DNA of 63,226 bases, the filler included, from Octopus bimaculoides (Eukaryota), in NCBI RefSeq assembly GCF_001194135.2. It is 4 parts of 4 records of this genome, joined end to end, with 100 filler letters (N's around TTAATTAATTAA, not from the genome) between each part and the next. Parts side by side here need not be neighbours in the genome. Positions count along the whole stretch, not along the records: positions 58,860 to 63,226 come from NC_068999.1; 3 more parts are not named here. One strand, given 5' to 3'. Below the pieces are notes generated by a model that did no database searches, had not been told where the DNA came from, and saw nothing but the letters and a program-made list of their open reading frames with translations. Position 1 is the stretch's first letter; every line of letters starts with the position of its first letter. The translations under genes were made by a program, and so were the position numbers. Below are positions 62,696-63,226 of the stretch, piece after piece.

Positions 62696-63226
62696 ACAGG
62701 AATATATATATATATATATATGCACACACTCACACACGCAAGCACTTACACCCACACACACATTCTGATTGACAGACACTGTCAACTGAAATAGTAGCAG
62801 AAACACTGTAAATGCTTTTGCACCGCGGATGGATTTGAAACTACGCACTGCAATGCGTACTGATAAGAACGTCTTCTATGTATGTATTCTCCAATAGGAG
62901 ATCTTCCATCGATCCTGCCATAGAAATAGTGTCCCATTATCAGTGGCCGCTCTGAGAAATACAAATAGGTGTATTTCTTTTTTAGTATCAGGCATCAGCC
63001 AAAATTAACAGTCTTCTTTTATGTATAATGAATAATTACTTACACTAATCGGTTTACCAATGTTCTCTGCTATCAATCAAGATTTTGAAATCAGAGTGAG
63101 AAAAGTATAAATAGAGACAGGGAGAATTTAAACGTAAATTAGTAAATATATAATGAATAATTACTTACATCAATCAATTTACGAATGTATTGTATTTTCA
63201 TCAGATTTTGAAATGAGAGGGAAAAT

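Noticed and set aside
1-63226. ORFs rich in HT, CV, YI, IH or X
   Set aside because: Translations of (CA)n, (TA)n, (CATA)n and N-gaps

Overview
AT-rich, repeat-dense metazoan genomic DNA with about 25 N-gaps and many microsatellites. The SINE families and repeat landscape point to a coleoid cephalopod, probably Octopus (inference). No host protein-coding gene could be identified with confidence, and most ORFs in the track are microsatellite or gap translations. The window is mostly decayed mobile elements: four mariner copies, two Tc1, two pogo, CR1/L2-group, R4/Dong and RTE LINE fragments, CORE-type and Meta/Nin-type tRNA SINEs, and MITEs. Three results stand out. (1) There are seven type I hammerhead ribozyme (HHR) motifs with palindromic stem III. 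Four sit in three related non-coding elements with an inverted 5' segment; two of these have measurable monomer periods of 459 and 451 nt. This looks like a retrozyme or non-autonomous Penelope-like system. (2) A small TIR element carries convergent THAP and SAP first exons (ISL2EU/IS4EU-like). (3) A TSD-bounded chimeric SINE dimer contains a 75-nt tract templated from an inverted neighbour. Weak splice-site candidates hint at a minus-strand spliced transcript and possible plus-strand secreted-peptide exons.
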